A DNA stretch of 49,435 nucleotides from Oscillatoriales cyanobacterium PMM_0019 (GTDB lineage Bacteria > Cyanobacteriota > Cyanobacteriia > Cyanobacteriales > CASBRB01), in NCBI GenBank assembly GCA_949127975.1, contig CASBRB010000229.1, positions 1 through 49,435 on the forward strand. The letters are read 5' to 3'. Shown here piece by piece: positions 18,812-28,623 of the stretch (positions within the stretch are counted from its first letter, which is position 1; each line of letters begins with the position of its first letter). Under the pieces are notes generated by a model, which made no database searches, was not told where the DNA came from, and worked only from the letters and a program-made list of their open reading frames with translations. Made by a program: the position numbers and the translations under genes.

Positions 18812-19780
18812 TTAAGCGCTCATCTCTAGCATCCTCTTAATTGGGCGCAATGCTGCTAATCGCATATCTTCTGGTAGGGTAATTCCTGGGGCGCGATTTT
18901 TCATGGCTAGATACAATTTTTCTAATGTATTTAGTCGCATATAGGGGCACTCGTTGCAAGCGCAACTATTCGTCGGTGGCGCTGGGATAAATTCTTTCTC
19001 TGGTGACAGCTTCTGCATTTGGTGTATAATTCCTGGTTCAGTCGCTACTACAAAGGCTGAATGAGTGTTTTGCTGAGAATACTTTAGCAGCGCACTGGTA
19101 GAACCGATGTAGTTGGCGTGTCGTAGTACGGCGGGTTCACATTCTGGGTGGGCAATTACTTCGGCTTCTGGGTGGGTAATTTTTAGTTGGACTATTTTCT
19201 TTTCTGAGAAGTTTTCGTGTACGATACATGCTCCTTGCCACAGCACTAAGTCTCGCCCTGTCTGCTCTATAACATAGCGTCCTAAATTGCGATCGGGAGC
19301 AAAAATAATCGGTTGATTTTCAGGAATTTGGCGGACAATTTTAACCGCGTTAGAACTGGTGCAGATAATATCGCTCATGGCTTTAATGGCGGCAGAGCAG
19401 TTGATATAAGAAATTACTAGATGCTCCGGGTGAGCTGCCTTGAATGCGGCAAAGGCTTCGGGTGGGCAGCTATCAGCCAATGAGCAACCAGCATTTAAGT
19501 CTGGTAGCAGTACCAGTTTATCTGGATTCAGGATTTTGGCAGTTTCTGCCATAAAGTGGACGCCTGCAAAGACTATGACGTCGGCATCCGTGTTGGCTGC
19601 CTTCCGGGAAAGCTCTAGAGAATCGCCAATGTAGTCTGCCACATCCTGAATGTCCGGATCTTGATAGTAGTGGGCGAGAATCACCGCGTTGAGTTCTTGT
19701 TTGAGGGCTTGAATCGCCTCAAACAAATCATGGGGAGTTTCAGACAGTGGGGGATTTAAGGGGAGTGCAGTAATAAACAC
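18812..19780 (-). CDS. nadA: Quinolinate synthase
   Basis: LAHYYQ, GDSLELS, GCSLA, YINCSA, AHPEC, CPYM. Confidence 0.96.
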   Translation of the reverse strand: MFITALPLNPPLSETPHDLFEAIQALKQELNAVILAHYYQDPDIQDVADYIGDSLELSRKAANTDADVIVFAGVHFMAETAKILNPDKLVLLPDLNAGCSLADSCPPEAFAAFKAAHPEHLVISYINCSAAIKAMSDIICTSSNAVKIVRQIPENQPIIFAPDRNLGRYVIEQTGRDLVLWQGACIVHENFSEKKIVQLKITHPEAEVIAHPECEPAVLRHANYIGSTSALLKYSQQNTHSAFVVATEPGIIHQMQKLSPEKEFIPAPPTNSCACNECPYMRLNTLEKLYLAMKNRAPGITLPEDMRLAALRPIKRMLEMSA

Positions 19781-19824
19781 AATTAGCTTCTACCTGGAGT
19801 CGGGGGGGGTAGCCTTGTTCATGA

Positions 19825-19845
19825 TTATAGTGGTTTTTACCAAAA
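19825..19845. promoter_or_regulatory. Candidate NrtR operator upstream of nadA
   Basis: TTATA-GT-GGTTTTT-AC-CAAAA, a 21-bp GT-N7-AC imperfect palindrome 44 bp before the nadA start. Confidence 0.6.
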
Positions 19846-20063
19846 TTGGTCTCTGGGTATAAATTTAGCATCCGCAACGACAAGCACTGCTATATTTGCG
19901 GATGACTTGCTTTGATAAACCCACCCCTACCCCTCCCAGGAGGGAACATTGACAAGTTGCTGGCGATTACGTTATCTTTAGGGTTATCCATGAGCTTTTT
20001 AGAAGGTGCAAAAACGGGCGATGCTTGCCTATGCTTGAGATAGATACGAACATTACATTAGGT

Positions 20064-21005
20064 ATGGGCAATCAGGGCAATCAGGAACAATTGGTCAAAA
20101 TTGCTGTAGTTGGGGATATACACGAGCAATGGGAAGTCGATGACGGCATTGCCCTCAAGCATTTGGGGGTTGACTTGGTGCTGTTTGTGGGGGATATGGG
20201 TAATGAGTCCGTGTCGGTGGTGCAGGCTGTAGCTTCTGTGGATATTCCCAAAGCAGTAATTTTAGGTAACCATGATGCGTGGTACACTGCTACCGACTGG
20301 GGCAGGAAAAAGTGCCCATACGATCGCACCCTCGAAGATTGGGTACAGCAGCAGCTAGATTTACTGGGAGATAGTCATGTAGGATATGGTAAATTAGACT
20401 TCCCAGCGCTGAATTTAACTGTTGTCGGGGGTCGTCCTTTCAGTTGGGGTGGCCCACAATGGAAACATGGCGATTTCTATCAGGAGCGGTTTGGAATAGC
20501 TAATTTTGCAGAGTCTACCGCTCGGATGGTTGCCGCCGCCCAGCAGTCAGCATATGAAACTGTGATTTTTGTCGGTCATAATGGTCCTACAGGTTTAGGC
20601 TCGAATCCCGAAGACCCCTGTGGCAAAGACTGGGGAGAACCCGGCGGAGATTACGGAGATCCGGATTTGACGGATGCTTTAGCCCAAACTCGCGCCCTTG
20701 GTAAAAATCTTCCTCTGGTAGTTTTTGGTCATATGCACCATAAATTGAGGCACACCACGGAACGTCTACGCAAGCAGCTCCATGTTAGTTCAGAGGGAAC
20801 AGTATACCTGAATGCAGCAAGCGTGCCTAGGATTGTTAATACTGACAGCGAGTGCCTGCGTAACTTTTCCCTAGTCTACCTGCAAGGTGGCATAGTCACC
20901 CAAGCGTCTTTGGTTTGGCTGGATAAAACCTTCACTGTGGCATCTGAGCAGATATTTCTCGATCGCACTAAACCACTTGTCAGCACTCCCCCACTTCTGA
21001 TATGA
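20064..21005 (+). CDS. Metallophosphoesterase (TIGR04168-like)
   Basis: GDIHE, FVGD, LGNHD, GHNGP, FGHMH. Confidence 0.88.
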   Translation: MGNQGNQEQLVKIAVVGDIHEQWEVDDGIALKHLGVDLVLFVGDMGNESVSVVQAVASVDIPKAVILGNHDAWYTATDWGRKKCPYDRTLEDWVQQQLDLLGDSHVGYGKLDFPALNLTVVGGRPFSWGGPQWKHGDFYQERFGIANFAESTARMVAAAQQSAYETVIFVGHNGPTGLGSNPEDPCGKDWGEPGGDYGDPDLTDALAQTRALGKNLPLVVFGHMHHKLRHTTERLRKQLHVSSEGTVYLNAASVPRIVNTDSECLRNFSLVYLQGGIVTQASLVWLDKTFTVASEQIFLDRTKPLVSTPPLLI

Positions 21006-21020
21006 TAAATAGAGACGCCT

Positions 21021-21105
21021 GGAGAGGTGGCAGAGTGGTCGAATGCGCCTGACTTGAAATCAGGTGAACCGCAAGGTTCCGTGGGTTCAAATCCCACCCT
21101 CTCCG
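21021..21105 (+). tRNA. tRNA-Ser (anticodon UGA)
   Basis: GGAGAGG/CCTCTCC acceptor stem, CCTGA-cttgaaa-TCAGG anticodon arm, long variable arm, GGTTCAAATCC T loop. Confidence 0.97.
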
Positions 21106-21161
21106 TCCATTGGTTCGTAGTGAGGACTTTAGTCCTCATTATCCGCGTAAGTCCTGTATAA

Positions 21162-21605
21162 CTAAAGAATGGTAAGATAAGTTTCATTAGGGCCGATGGG
21201 CAATACTTTCAAGCTTTGATTTTTCAACTCTACTTCAATGCCTAATGCTTCCATCGGCAAAACACCTAAAAGAGGACTTCTGCCTGCTGCGAGTTCCAAA
21301 CATTCAAAAGTTCCCTCCCTACCACACAAGGAAATTTTGGCATCTTGAAAAATCCGGGCACTACTAATCCCGGTAGCTGTTTCTACAACCACTTCCTTAA
21401 GAATTTTCAAGCCGAGTCTGGCAATTACATCTGCTGGCAGACACAAAGTTGTGGCTCCCGTATCTACTAAGACATTTTCTAGGGTGATAGACCGTACTTG
21501 CTCTGATGGGATTATACCATCTTCTGCTTTAGCCTGATCTATCCGATTTGTGATGACTAACGTTGTCGTAACTTTTCCCATTGCGTTGTCGGTCGTTGGT
21601 CGCAT
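21162..21605 (-). CDS. Clan AA (retropepsin-like) aspartic protease
   Basis: LVDTGAT and LLGVLPMEALG; start may be MGKV at 21581. Confidence 0.85.
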   Translation of the reverse strand: MRPTTDNAMGKVTTTLVITNRIDQAKAEDGIIPSEQVRSITLENVLVDTGATTLCLPADVIARLGLKILKEVVVETATGISSARIFQDAKISLCGREGTFECLELAAGRSPLLGVLPMEALGIEVELKNQSLKVLPIGPNETYLTIL

Positions 21606-21672
21606 AATGTTCCTAAACTTGTGGTATTATAATTTAATATATGGTAGCGATCGCTTAACAAACAGTAAGATT

Positions 21673-21794
21673 GTAGGTTGGGTTTCGTTCCTCAACCCAA
21701 CTTGCTAGTTGTAAAACCTTAACAGGACTTACGCACTGCCTCTATATATAGCGGGTTCGTAGGGGCAAACCCCTGTGGTTGCCCCTATATATGC
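21673..21794. repeat. REP hairpin followed by a CAGGACTTACGCA MITE left end with REP cargo
   Basis: gtaggttgggtttcgttcctcaacccaac; caggacttacgcactgcc...gtaggggcaaacccctgtggttgccccta. Confidence 0.75.
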
Positions 21795-21845
21795 TTATCA
21801 ACTATACTGTTATCAAACAGTTTCAATGGTAGGGGCAGTAGGCTG

Positions 21846-23378
21846 GTGAAATTGTCTGCAAAGGGTATTTATAAAGTCAAACATCAAGCTACAAGCAAGG
21901 GAATCGCACCTAAATATATTTATAATGTAGCGCCATTACCAGATGACGACCATTTTGTCAATAAGCTATTAGTCGCTGCATCTCAGGGTAGTTACAATCT
22001 TAATCTACCACCAGGATGCCCTAGAATACCCTCCTCTATCCAACTGCGGCAGTATCAGCAACAAGCGGTAGCTAGCTGGTTTGCTAATCAAGGGCGAGGC
22101 ACCCTGAAAATGGCTACTGGTAGTGGCAAGACTATCACCGCTCTAGCGATCGCTTCTGCACTTTACCAAAAAATCGGCTTGCAAGTCTTACTCGTCGTCT
22201 GCCCGTTTTGCCATCTAGTCACCCAATGGGGGCGAGAATGCGAAAAATTTGGCATGGCACCAATATTAGCGTTTGAGAATGTACATCACTGGCAAAACCA
22301 ACTCTCTACCCAACTCTACAATGTGCGTTGTGGCACTCAACCGTTTCTTAGCGTTATCACCACCAATGACACCCTGATGAGCGAGGGGCTACAATCTCAA
22401 TTAAAGCATTTCCCAGATAAAGCCTTAATTATTGGAGACGAAGCCCATAACCTGGGGGCAAAGCGTCGGGAAGCAAGTTTACCTCGCAATATTGGGCTGC
22501 GACTAGCTTTATCAGCAACGCCAGAGCGGTATCTTGATGAAGATGGTACCCAATCTTTATTTGATTATTTTGGCGCAGTAATAGATCCTGAGTTTACCCT
22601 AGGAGATGCTATAGCACAAGGTGCCCTAGTACATTACCTCTACTATCCCATTCTAGTCGAGCTTACAGAAGCAGAGAGCCATACATACTTAAAATTAACT
22701 AAAAGTATTGGGAGGGCGCTGCTATTTCGCCAACGAGAAACCCGCTCAGCTAATCTCAGCAACCATGATTATCAAGACTTAACACCATTACTAATGCAGC
22801 GGGCAAGGTTAATCGGAGCGGCTGCTAATAAATTAACCGCGTTGCGCCAGTTAATGAGTACACGCCTAGATACGACGCACACTTTATTTTATTGCGGTGA
22901 TGGTTCTTCTGAAAGCAGCCGCCAACTGCAAGCGGTTACTAAAATGCTGGGTAATGACTTAGGTTACAGAGTAAGCACCTACACCGCCGAGACATCCTTA
23001 TCAGAGCGCGAAGATTTGCGCTGTCAATTTGAAACTGGCGAGTTACAGGGTTTGGTAGCCATTCGCTGTTTAGATGAGGGGGTGGATATTCCAGCCATTC
23101 AGACTGCGGTGATTTTAGCCAGTAGTGGCAACCCACGCCAGTTTATTCAGCGACGGGGGCGAATTTTGCGCCCTTACCCAGGCAAGCAACGCGCACACCT
23201 CTTTGACATGATTGTACTGCCGCCAGAGCTAGACAGGGAAACCTTGGAAGTAGAGCGCAATCTGCTGCGCAAAGAATTGCGGCGCTTTGTAGAGTTTGCT
23301 GACTTGGCTGATAATGCTGGGCAAGCTAGGGTAAAACTGCTAGCGCTGCAAAAAAGATATGGTTTGTTGGATATTTGA
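21846..23378 (+). CDS. SF2 helicase/ATPase of the DNA phosphorothioation-associated 'restriction enzyme' family (TIGR04095-like)
   Basis: LRQYQ Q-motif, MATGSGKT, DEAH, LSATP, CLDEGVDIP, FIQRRGRILR. Confidence 0.85.
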   Translation: MKLSAKGIYKVKHQATSKGIAPKYIYNVAPLPDDDHFVNKLLVAASQGSYNLNLPPGCPRIPSSIQLRQYQQQAVASWFANQGRGTLKMATGSGKTITALAIASALYQKIGLQVLLVVCPFCHLVTQWGRECEKFGMAPILAFENVHHWQNQLSTQLYNVRCGTQPFLSVITTNDTLMSEGLQSQLKHFPDKALIIGDEAHNLGAKRREASLPRNIGLRLALSATPERYLDEDGTQSLFDYFGAVIDPEFTLGDAIAQGALVHYLYYPILVELTEAESHTYLKLTKSIGRALLFRQRETRSANLSNHDYQDLTPLLMQRARLIGAAANKLTALRQLMSTRLDTTHTLFYCGDGSSESSRQLQAVTKMLGNDLGYRVSTYTAETSLSEREDLRCQFETGELQGLVAIRCLDEGVDIPAIQTAVILASSGNPRQFIQRRGRILRPYPGKQRAHLFDMIVLPPELDRETLEVERNLLRKELRRFVEFADLADNAGQARVKLLALQKRYGLLDI

Positions 23379-23417
23379 TATTTGGTGATTGTGCTTTTAT
23401 AGGTGCGTTAACGGTAT

Positions 23418-23496
23418 CAGGACTTACGCAGCTACACTAAATACAGCGGTTCCTAGGGGCAATCCCCCTTTGTGTGCCCAGTGTGCGTAAGTCCTG
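23418..23496. mobile_element. MITE with CAGGACTTACGCA TIRs
   Basis: caggacttacgca...tgcgtaagtcctg. Confidence 0.8.
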
Positions 23497-23558
23497 ATTA
23501 TAACTGTGCCCGCTAGATCGTTTATATTAAAGGTAAAGATGAGTACGGGGTTGGCGGT

Positions 23559-24629
23559 ATGTCAAAGTTGGCAATTGAACAATTTACTCCTGAACAAGAA
23601 GCCTTAATTCCTATCTATAAAGATAAGTGGTGGCAAATAGCTACCTCCACCAAGCGACTCGATCGTCAAAAAGCTACAAAAGTTGTAAAAGCACTATATA
23701 ATTTAAGTGGTAACTCAGTAAAAGAGATTATATTTTTTGATAGCCCTTTTGCAGCTTTTAATAGCATTGAAGTCCTTATACAAATCGAGCATTTTTTAAA
23801 ATTAAATAATAATTCTATAAATAAAAATCTATGTGAGATAGGAACAATTTTTAATAAACTCTGGCTGCGCTTGCAGAAGCTCAGCTACGAATCACCAGTA
23901 TATCAACAATTGATAGAACAAGTAAATTGGCAGATAAGAACCGAATTAACCGGGAGAATGGAAAATGAACTATCAAGGCGAATCGACCACAAATTGTGGC
24001 AGCGATTGGCAGGTAAACCGAGAGTAGGAGGTCAAAGTCGGCTCCAAAATATTTGCATTCAACCTGAAAGGTTAGCTGGGTTTTGTAATTATTTTGATTG
24101 GGATTTTTCTGTGATAAAGGGTGTAGCCGATCGCCAAGAATGGGAAATATTTCAGTCACTGGTTAAAGAGTGTGGTTGGATTATACCTCTGGAAAATGCT
24201 TGTATCATTTGCGAACGCCCCCACATCCTTTCTTTCGACAATCAACAACAACTACATGGGGAAGGCTATCCAGCTATTCAGTTTATTGATGGGTTTAGTA
24301 TCTATGCCTATCATGGTGTAACCTTATCTGAAAAATATGGTCAAGTTCCTCCTTCTCAATGGTGTTCTGAATGGCTATTATCTGAACCTAGCGCTGAAAT
24401 TAGGCGAGTTTTACTTCAAGGAATTAGTTACAACAGGATTTGGCAAAATTTAACAGCTATTGAAATAGATAGTTGGCAAGAATACACTTTACTAAAAGTT
24501 AATAATGATGGCGAATTAGAGCCAACTTATTTACTAAAAATGACCAGCCCTAGTAGCGGTTCTATTCATGTCATCCGTGTACCGCCTAATATTCTCTCGG
24601 CTCGTGAAGCAATTCGTTGGGTACATTAG
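23559..24629 (+). CDS. DUF6745-like cyanobacterial protein, probably C-terminally truncated
   Basis: TPEQEALIP, FFDSP, CIICERP, LHGEGYPAIQF.DG, RVPP...AREAIRWV. Confidence 0.75.
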   Translation: MSKLAIEQFTPEQEALIPIYKDKWWQIATSTKRLDRQKATKVVKALYNLSGNSVKEIIFFDSPFAAFNSIEVLIQIEHFLKLNNNSINKNLCEIGTIFNKLWLRLQKLSYESPVYQQLIEQVNWQIRTELTGRMENELSRRIDHKLWQRLAGKPRVGGQSRLQNICIQPERLAGFCNYFDWDFSVIKGVADRQEWEIFQSLVKECGWIIPLENACIICERPHILSFDNQQQLHGEGYPAIQFIDGFSIYAYHGVTLSEKYGQVPPSQWCSEWLLSEPSAEIRRVLLQGISYNRIWQNLTAIEIDSWQEYTLLKVNNDGELEPTYLLKMTSPSSGSIHVIRVPPNILSAREAIRWVH

Positions 24630-24646
24630 GGACAGGACTTACACAC

Positions 24647-24841
24647 GGGAGCAACGCCAAAAAGTGATATTTAGCGCCAAAAGCCCAATAGCTTTCTCAG
24701 TAAGGGCTAAAGCCCTCACTACGAACTAATTTCCAAGAAAAAGTTAAAGGGCTAAAGCCCTCACGACGAACGAAAAAGTTTGTAGTGAGGGCTTTAGCCC
24801 TCAGTAAGGCTCACGACTTCTCACTTTTTCGCGTTGCTCCC
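24647..24841. mobile_element. MITE with 21-bp GGGAGCAACGC TIRs holding three AGGGCTAAAGCCCT REP hairpins
   Basis: gggagcaacgccaaaaagtga / tcactttttcgcgttgctccc. Confidence 0.8.
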
Positions 24842-24967
24842 AACGAACTCCTACTGCCGCACGATAAAACTGGTAAAACAACGGCGGTAGCCAAAAAAAC
24901 TAGCTTAGGATAGAAGTGAAGCCTTCACCAGATTGCTAGAGTACGAGTACATTATATTTTTCAACCT

Positions 24968-25414
24968 ATGACCTCAGCCAACCATTCTCCTTTTCGACGT
25001 AAAGAAATTCTTCGAGGCATCCTCTCCGTATGTATAATTATAGTGGGGATAACTCACTTTATTAGACCAGATCAGTATGCCAGAATAGTACCACCACCAT
25101 TTCCACCCTTGGCATCCGTATATATTAGTGGGGTTTTTGAGATTTTAGGTGGGATTGGCTTGCTAATTCCATTTGTGAGCGTAGCTGCTGCATGGGGGCT
25201 GATTTCCCTGTTTATTGCCGTGTTCCCTGCTAACATTTACATGACATTACATAATATTGAGCTAGAAGGGATTCCCCATAGCCAAGCCCTTTATATAGCA
25301 AGGCTACCTTTTCAGGCAGTGTTGATTGCCTGGGCTTGGTGGTACACTCGCCATCCAGAGCAGCAGCATGGAGCTTCTAAAGTTGCCGAGGAAGCTAAAA
25401 CACTTAGCCAGTAG
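24968..25414 (+). CDS. DoxX-family membrane protein
   Basis: GITHF..P..Y..IVPP, SGVFEILGG, IAVFPANIYM, RLPFQ. Confidence 0.85.
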   Translation: MTSANHSPFRRKEILRGILSVCIIIVGITHFIRPDQYARIVPPPFPPLASVYISGVFEILGGIGLLIPFVSVAAAWGLISLFIAVFPANIYMTLHNIELEGIPHSQALYIARLPFQAVLIAWAWWYTRHPEQQHGASKVAEEAKTLSQ

Positions 25415-25625
25415 AACTCCTACAGGTTTGTAGGGGCAATCCCCCTGTGGTTGCCCCTATATATGCCCAGTCCAATCGCTTTATAAAAATAGTTCTTCCT
25501 TATCAACTTAAGTATAACAAAAAAAATAACAGGTGTCAAGGGGGGCAGAAAAAATATTTTCCTTTGGATAAACGACGCAGTAACTCGCTAAAATATAGCA
25601 AACTTTAAGGGGCAACGTGGGCGGG

Positions 25626-25799
25626 GTGAGTAACGAAGCCAGTCTGAATGATGTACAACAGCCAATTACAGATGCGCCAGCGGAGGTACGTCAAATTATA
25701 GAGCGGGTGTTACAGGCGGAAAAGGATAAGCTGTATATGAAGAATCCCCGCCATATTAATGACGATATTTTGGCAATAGTGAAGGAAGCAGTACCATGA
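25626..25799 (+). CDS. Small helical protein translationally coupled to the SMC-like ATPase
   Basis: ATGA overlap with the ATPase start; DAPAEVRQIIERVLQAEKDKL; GTG start at 25626 or 25617. Confidence 0.75.
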   Translation: MSNEASLNDVQQPITDAPAEVRQIIERVLQAEKDKLYMKNPRHINDDILAIVKEAVP

Positions 25800-27862
25800 A
25801 GCTTACTTCCATCAAACTATGTAACTTTCGCCAATTTTATGGCAAAACACCAGAAATTCTACTTGCTGCTGGGGAGTCGGGGAATACTACAGTATTTCAC
25901 GGCAACAACGGAGCGGGGAAGACGGGGTTGTTGAATGCCTTTACTTGGGTACTGTATGAAAAGTTTAGTGCAGCTTTTGCCCAATCAGAGCAATTGGTAA
26001 ATAAAAGAGCGATCGCAGAAGCTTTACCAGGAATGGCGGTAGAATGTTGGGTGGAAGTAACATGGGAGCACGACTGCAAAAGCTACCGAGCTAAACGCGA
26101 GTGCCGTGCCTATAAAGGCGAAACCATCGAGTCGGGCGAAAGTCGGTTGTATATGCAGATAGCAGGGGATGATGGGCGCTGGGCACTGCCGCGAGAGCAA
26201 CCTGAAGATATCATTGGGAGAATTTTGCCAGAGAGCCTGCATCAGTATTTCTTTTTTGATGGCGAGCGGATTGAGCAGATAGTACGCTCTGACAAGAAAG
26301 CTGAAATTGCCGAAGCTACCAAGAAGCTCCTAGGGGTAGAAATATTAAGTCGAGCTATCAGACATCTAGGGGAAGTAAAGAAAACCCTAGAGAAAGAGTT
26401 GGAAGCAATCGGGGATATTCAGACGAAGAAGCTTTTAACCAAGAAAGAGGCAGTAGAGCAGGAAACTGAGCGACTATTCCAGCGACAAGCTGAGATTGCC
26501 CAGGAGTTGTCACATCAACAGACGCTAAAAAAAGATATCAGTAACAGATTAAGTGAGCTTAGTCGTGCTAAAGAGTTGGAAGAAAGACGCCAACAGCTAG
26601 AAGCCCAGCAAGCATCAAACCGAGAAGCCCTGAAGAAAAGTAAAGTAACACTCAAAAGAGCGATCGCTACTCAAGCATACACGGTTTTACTCTGTGAAGC
26701 AACAACTCAGTTTAGAGGAATAGTAGATGATTTGAGGCAGAAAGGCGAATTACCTATAGGCATAGAGCGGCAGTTTGTCAATGACTTACTCACACAGCAC
26801 CGATGTATTTGTGGGGGAGAGCTAATAGAGGATACTCCAGCTTACGATAACGTCAGTAGTTGGCTGGATAAAGCAGGGATAGCAGTAGTCGAGGAAACAG
26901 CTATCCGCATGAGTGCTCAAGTTGACGAAATAAACAAGCAAGCCGAAGCCTTTTGGGGAGAGATTGACACAGAGCAAGTCAATATCAATCAGGTAAGGCA
27001 AGTAATATCTCAGATAGAGACGCAACTGGATAATATCAGAGAACAGTTAAGAAGAGATCCTAGCGAAGAAATAAGGAATTTGCAAAAGCGACTGGATGAG
27101 ATTGAAGCCAAAATCCGGGAGCTAACCCTAGAAGAAGGGGAAAACCAGCAGAAAATCGCCGACAGTAAAACCGAAGCCGAGAATTTAGGCAAGCAAATCG
27201 CCAAACATGAGATGAATGAGGCAAGGCAGGTACTAGCCCAGCGACGGATTGCCACCGCCCAGGATGCAGTTGAGCGGTTAACAGAAGTGCGCTCGCGCAT
27301 GGATAAACAATTTCGCTTGCAATTAGAAAAGCGAGTGCAAGAGATATTTAGTGAAATTTCATTTACTCCCTACATTCCCAAGCTCACCGAGAAATACGAA
27401 TTGACACTGGAAGAGAATACCGCAGGGCAACCCACGCAAGTACCTGCTTCTACGGGGGAAAACCAAATTCTCAGTTTATCCTTTATCGGCGGAATTATTG
27501 ACAGGGTACGGGAGTGGAGTGCCAAGGAAATGTTAATGGTGCCAGATACCAGCACCTTTCCCCTGGTGATGGATTCGCCATTTGGGAGTTTAGATGAAAT
27601 ATATCGACGCCAAATAGCCAAGATACTGCCCAGATTAGCGAATCAGTTAATTATTTTAGTCACTAAAACCCAGTGGCGGGGGGAAGTAGCCACAGAAATG
27701 GAAAATCATATAGGTAGGGAGTATGTCTTGACTTATTACTCTTCTAAGTTAGATTGCGAACAAGATGCTATAGAATTAAGTGGAATTCGCTATCCTTTGG
27801 TGAAACAAAGCCCGAATGAGTTTGAGTATACCGAGATTCTAGAGGTGAATTATGATTTCTAG
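25796..27862 (+). CDS. SMC/Rad50-like coiled-coil ABC ATPase (DndD-related, CxC hinge)
   Basis: GNNGAGKT, FFFDGERI, central CICG, STGENQ signature, VMDSPFGSLD. Confidence 0.88.
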   Translation: MKLTSIKLCNFRQFYGKTPEILLAAGESGNTTVFHGNNGAGKTGLLNAFTWVLYEKFSAAFAQSEQLVNKRAIAEALPGMAVECWVEVTWEHDCKSYRAKRECRAYKGETIESGESRLYMQIAGDDGRWALPREQPEDIIGRILPESLHQYFFFDGERIEQIVRSDKKAEIAEATKKLLGVEILSRAIRHLGEVKKTLEKELEAIGDIQTKKLLTKKEAVEQETERLFQRQAEIAQELSHQQTLKKDISNRLSELSRAKELEERRQQLEAQQASNREALKKSKVTLKRAIATQAYTVLLCEATTQFRGIVDDLRQKGELPIGIERQFVNDLLTQHRCICGGELIEDTPAYDNVSSWLDKAGIAVVEETAIRMSAQVDEINKQAEAFWGEIDTEQVNINQVRQVISQIETQLDNIREQLRRDPSEEIRNLQKRLDEIEAKIRELTLEEGENQQKIADSKTEAENLGKQIAKHEMNEARQVLAQRRIATAQDAVERLTEVRSRMDKQFRLQLEKRVQEIFSEISFTPYIPKLTEKYELTLEENTAGQPTQVPASTGENQILSLSFIGGIIDRVREWSAKEMLMVPDTSTFPLVMDSPFGSLDEIYRRQIAKILPRLANQLIILVTKTQWRGEVATEMENHIGREYVLTYYSSKLDCEQDAIELSGIRYPLVKQSPNEFEYTEILEVNYDF

Positions 27863-27873
27863 TTTATCTACAA

Positions 27874-28050
27874 CAGGACATACGCACTGCCCCTAAATAT
27901 AGGGTTAGTAGGGGCAATCCCCCTGTGGTTGCCCCTATATATAGCGGGTGGTAGGGGCAATCCCCCCGTGGTTGCCCCCTACATATAGCGGGTGGTAGGG
28001 GCAATCCCCCCGTGGTTGCCCCTATATATGCTAAAGTCCTCACTACGAAC
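27874..28050. repeat. MITE end, three tandem GTAGGGGCAA REP units and a partial GTAGTGAGG REP
   Basis: caggacatacgca, then (gtaggggcaatccccc..gtggttgcccc) three times. Confidence 0.88.
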
Positions 28051-28069
28051 TATAACAAATATTAATTCA

Positions 28070-28537
28070 ATGGGTGCCAACAGAATCAAAATTGCTAAAG
28101 ATAAAGCTGACTTGGTGAAAGTCTTGACAGCATCAGATGACACCACTGGAGTTTTCCAGACTTATGTAGAGGTTATGGTGTTTGCGGCTGGATTAGGATC
28201 AAAGCGGAAAAAGCGGGTGCCATTAGCAGGAGTTTCTAAAGATTTAGAACCAATTCGACTAGAGTATTTTGAAAACCATAAATATGACTTGGTAATTAAT
28301 TTGCTAGCTGTTTCTGAAGTCAAAGAGCATAATATATTAGCTGATGATGAAAAACTGGAGGAGCAACGGATTAAAATATTTGAAGAATACGCCAATGCTG
28401 GATTAGAAATATTACAGCAAGAATTGCGGGGAGCAGTAGACTATTCTGAGCAAATTTTATTGCTTCTTAGTTCGGAAAGATTTCAGCAAGAGCAGTCAGA
28501 AGAGGAGTTTGATTTAAGCAAATTTCTCTCTAAATAA
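28070..28537 (+). CDS. DNA phosphorothioation (dnd)-associated protein 4 family (TIGR04062-like)
   Basis: MGANRIKIAKDKADLVK..FQTY..MVFAA.LG, IFEEYANAGLEIL; real start is ATG 28070. Confidence 0.82.
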   Translation: MGANRIKIAKDKADLVKVLTASDDTTGVFQTYVEVMVFAAGLGSKRKKRVPLAGVSKDLEPIRLEYFENHKYDLVINLLAVSEVKEHNILADDEKLEEQRIKIFEEYANAGLEILQQELRGAVDYSEQILLLLSSERFQQEQSEEEFDLSKFLSK

Positions 28538-28542
28538 GCGAT

Positions 28543-28575
28543 GGTGCGTTACGGCAAGAGCCTAACGCACCCTAC
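28543..28575 (-). repeat. GTAGGGTGCG-type REP hairpin, possible terminator
   Basis: ggtgcgtta...taacgcaccctac directly after the stop codon. Confidence 0.7.
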
Positions 28576-28623
28576 GCTTGTGGTACATTTGTAAAACATA
28601 GTGTGAAACAAAAAGAGAGATAG

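Noticed and set aside
20876-21187. 103-aa minus-strand ORF
   Set aside because: Antisense translation of tRNA-Ser
25796-27862. Calling the ATPase dndD, sbcC or Lamassu lmuB
   Set aside because: No dndB/C/E, sbcD or LmuA-type effector is adjacent; only a general relationship is supported
27992-28069. N-terminal extension of dnd-associated protein 4
   Set aside because: It starts inside a REP array; the family-like sequence begins at ATG 28070
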